Shown in pieces: positions 62,485-64,000 of a stretch of DNA of 64,000 bases. Positions within the stretch are counted from its first letter, which is position 1. Every line of letters starts with the position of its first letter. The position numbers and the translations under genes were made by a program. The stretch lies in assembly GCF_046119375.1 (NCBI RefSeq), contig NW_027362765.1, positions 118,234,001 to 118,298,000 on the forward strand. Reading direction: 5' to 3'. The notes beneath the pieces are model-generated. The model saw nothing but the letters and a program-made list of their open reading frames with translations. It was not told the DNA's origin and did no database searches. This DNA is from Phyllobates terribilis. Taxonomy: Eukaryota.

Positions 62485-63690
62485 ACTGTGCCCATATGGT
62501 GGAAATCTGTGATTCACACTAATATGGGGGCACCTGTTATTCACATTAATAAGGGGGCAACTGTGATTTACTGTAAAATGGTGGAAATCTGTTATTCACG
62601 CTAATATGAAGGGGACTGTGATTCACACTAATAAGGGGGAACCTGAGATTTACTCTAATATGGAGGCTATTTGTGATTCACACTAATAAGGGGGGATTTG
62701 GGATTATCACACTAATATGGGGGGCACCTGTGATTCACACACTAACATGGGGACATCTTTGGCTGGCACATTAAGGCTACTTTCTTTTTGGTCTGGGTGC
62801 ACAACAGATCACGTTCTGAAAGTCGATGGAAATTTACCATTGGGGGTTTTTGAAACCCTTTTTACTGGTGACTGTGTGGCCATTTCTTTTGCCAAATTTA
62901 TCAGAGTCGCTTGATGTTTGATAAATTTGGTGAATTTTACAGGGCAGTACCCCAAAACATAGTGTCTGCAAATTGACGTTCTGGCTTATATCCCATGTCA
63001 TGTGATAAGGCTCGTTAAAGGGTCACTAGTGACTTTTAGGATTGCTACTTCCAATAGGTGGCACTAGAGTTCTAGTCCTCTTCCTCTCTGAAGAGACAAT
63101 TTGCATATTTCCCAGAGGAGCATTGCGGCTAAAATGGGGGCATCTGTGGCTAGCACATTAATATGGGGCATCTGTGTCTAGAACACTAAAATGGGGACAT
63201 CTGTGACTAGAACACTAAAACGGGGGCATCTGTGACTGGCACTCTAATATGGGGGCAACTGTGACTAGCACACTAACATGGAGGCATCTGTGGCTAGCAC
63301 ACTAATATGGGGGCATCCGTGACTAGAACACTAAAATGAGGGCATCTGTGACTGGCACTATAATATGGGGGCATCTGTGACTAGCACACTAACATGGGGG
63401 CATTTGTGGCTAGCACACTAATATGGGAGCATCTATAATTGGCACACTAATATTGGGGCATCGGTGGCACACACTAACATGGGAGCATCTGTGACTGGCA
63501 CATTCATATGGGGGTATCTGTGACTGGCACACTAATTTGGGGGCATCTGTGACTAGCACATTAATATGAGAGTGTCTTTGGCTGGCACCACAGTAATTTT
63601 GGGAGTTTAGTGACTAGCATACTAATATGGGAGCATCTATAATTGGCACACTAATATGGGGGCATTGGTGGCAGACACTAATATGAGGAA
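62485..63690. repeat. Degenerate continuation of the 27-bp satellite family
   Basis: Diverged units at ~62485-62760 and a GGGGGCATCTGTGACTAGCACACTAATAT variant at ~63130-63690. Confidence 0.8.
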
Positions 63691-64000
63691 TGCTGTTCTG
63701 GTTCCTTCTTCCTTGCATTGCTATTGTGCCCATTGGCGGTAGGGCTGGCACCTTGCACCCTGTATTATATAAAATGGTTAGTAATCCATTGGTCCTGGAG
63801 CTCAGGTGCCACTGTAGTCCCTGCTGTACCAAGTGCGAGCAGCCCCCAGTACAAAATCTACCCTACAGACCCCCTTCTACCATGTAATATTTATTATACT
63901 GGTGATTTATGTGGCAGAGAAGCCTTTGGACCTGGGTACAACTCCACCTCAGCACTGCTTATAGCTATCCTCAAGATGGCATGGATTGACTGTAACGCCG

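Noticed and set aside
58900-64000. Searched for the last exon of HCK, the expected next syntenic gene
   Set aside because: No Src-family kinase C-terminal peptide found by eye on either strand.

Overview
Vertebrate genomic DNA, most likely a frog (inferred from TTAA-flanked T2-type MITEs, Tc1 families and Penelope elements typical of anuran genomes). It covers the conserved block [KIF3B promoter]-POFUT1(-)-PLAGL2(+)-TM9SF4(-). Three complete spliced genes were reconstructed by hand, all with GT-AG introns and intact frames: POFUT1 (7 exons, 392 aa), PLAGL2 (2 coding exons, 441 aa, head-to-head with POFUT1) and TM9SF4 (18 exons, 642 aa). A CpG island at ~4.5-5.0 kb is probably the KIF3B first exon/promoter (synteny inference only). 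Roughly a fifth to a quarter of the window is minisatellite; these arrays explain almost all long ORFs in the track. The rest holds a decayed Penelope-like retroelement, Tc1/mariner relics, a hAT element with a perfect TSD, many MITEs and two assembly gaps. Best leads: (1) two minimal hammerhead ribozymes from Penelope 3' ends, each sense-oriented in an intron of the POFUT1/PLAGL2 pair; (2) a possible in-frame Penelope-derived cassette exon in POFUT1; (3) uORFs ending right at the POFUT1 and PLAGL2 start codons; (4) a mariner derivative with two copies of one end that encodes only a DNA-binding domain; (5) a 35-bp-phased ETS/RFX triplet. None of these is shown to be functional or novel from sequence alone.
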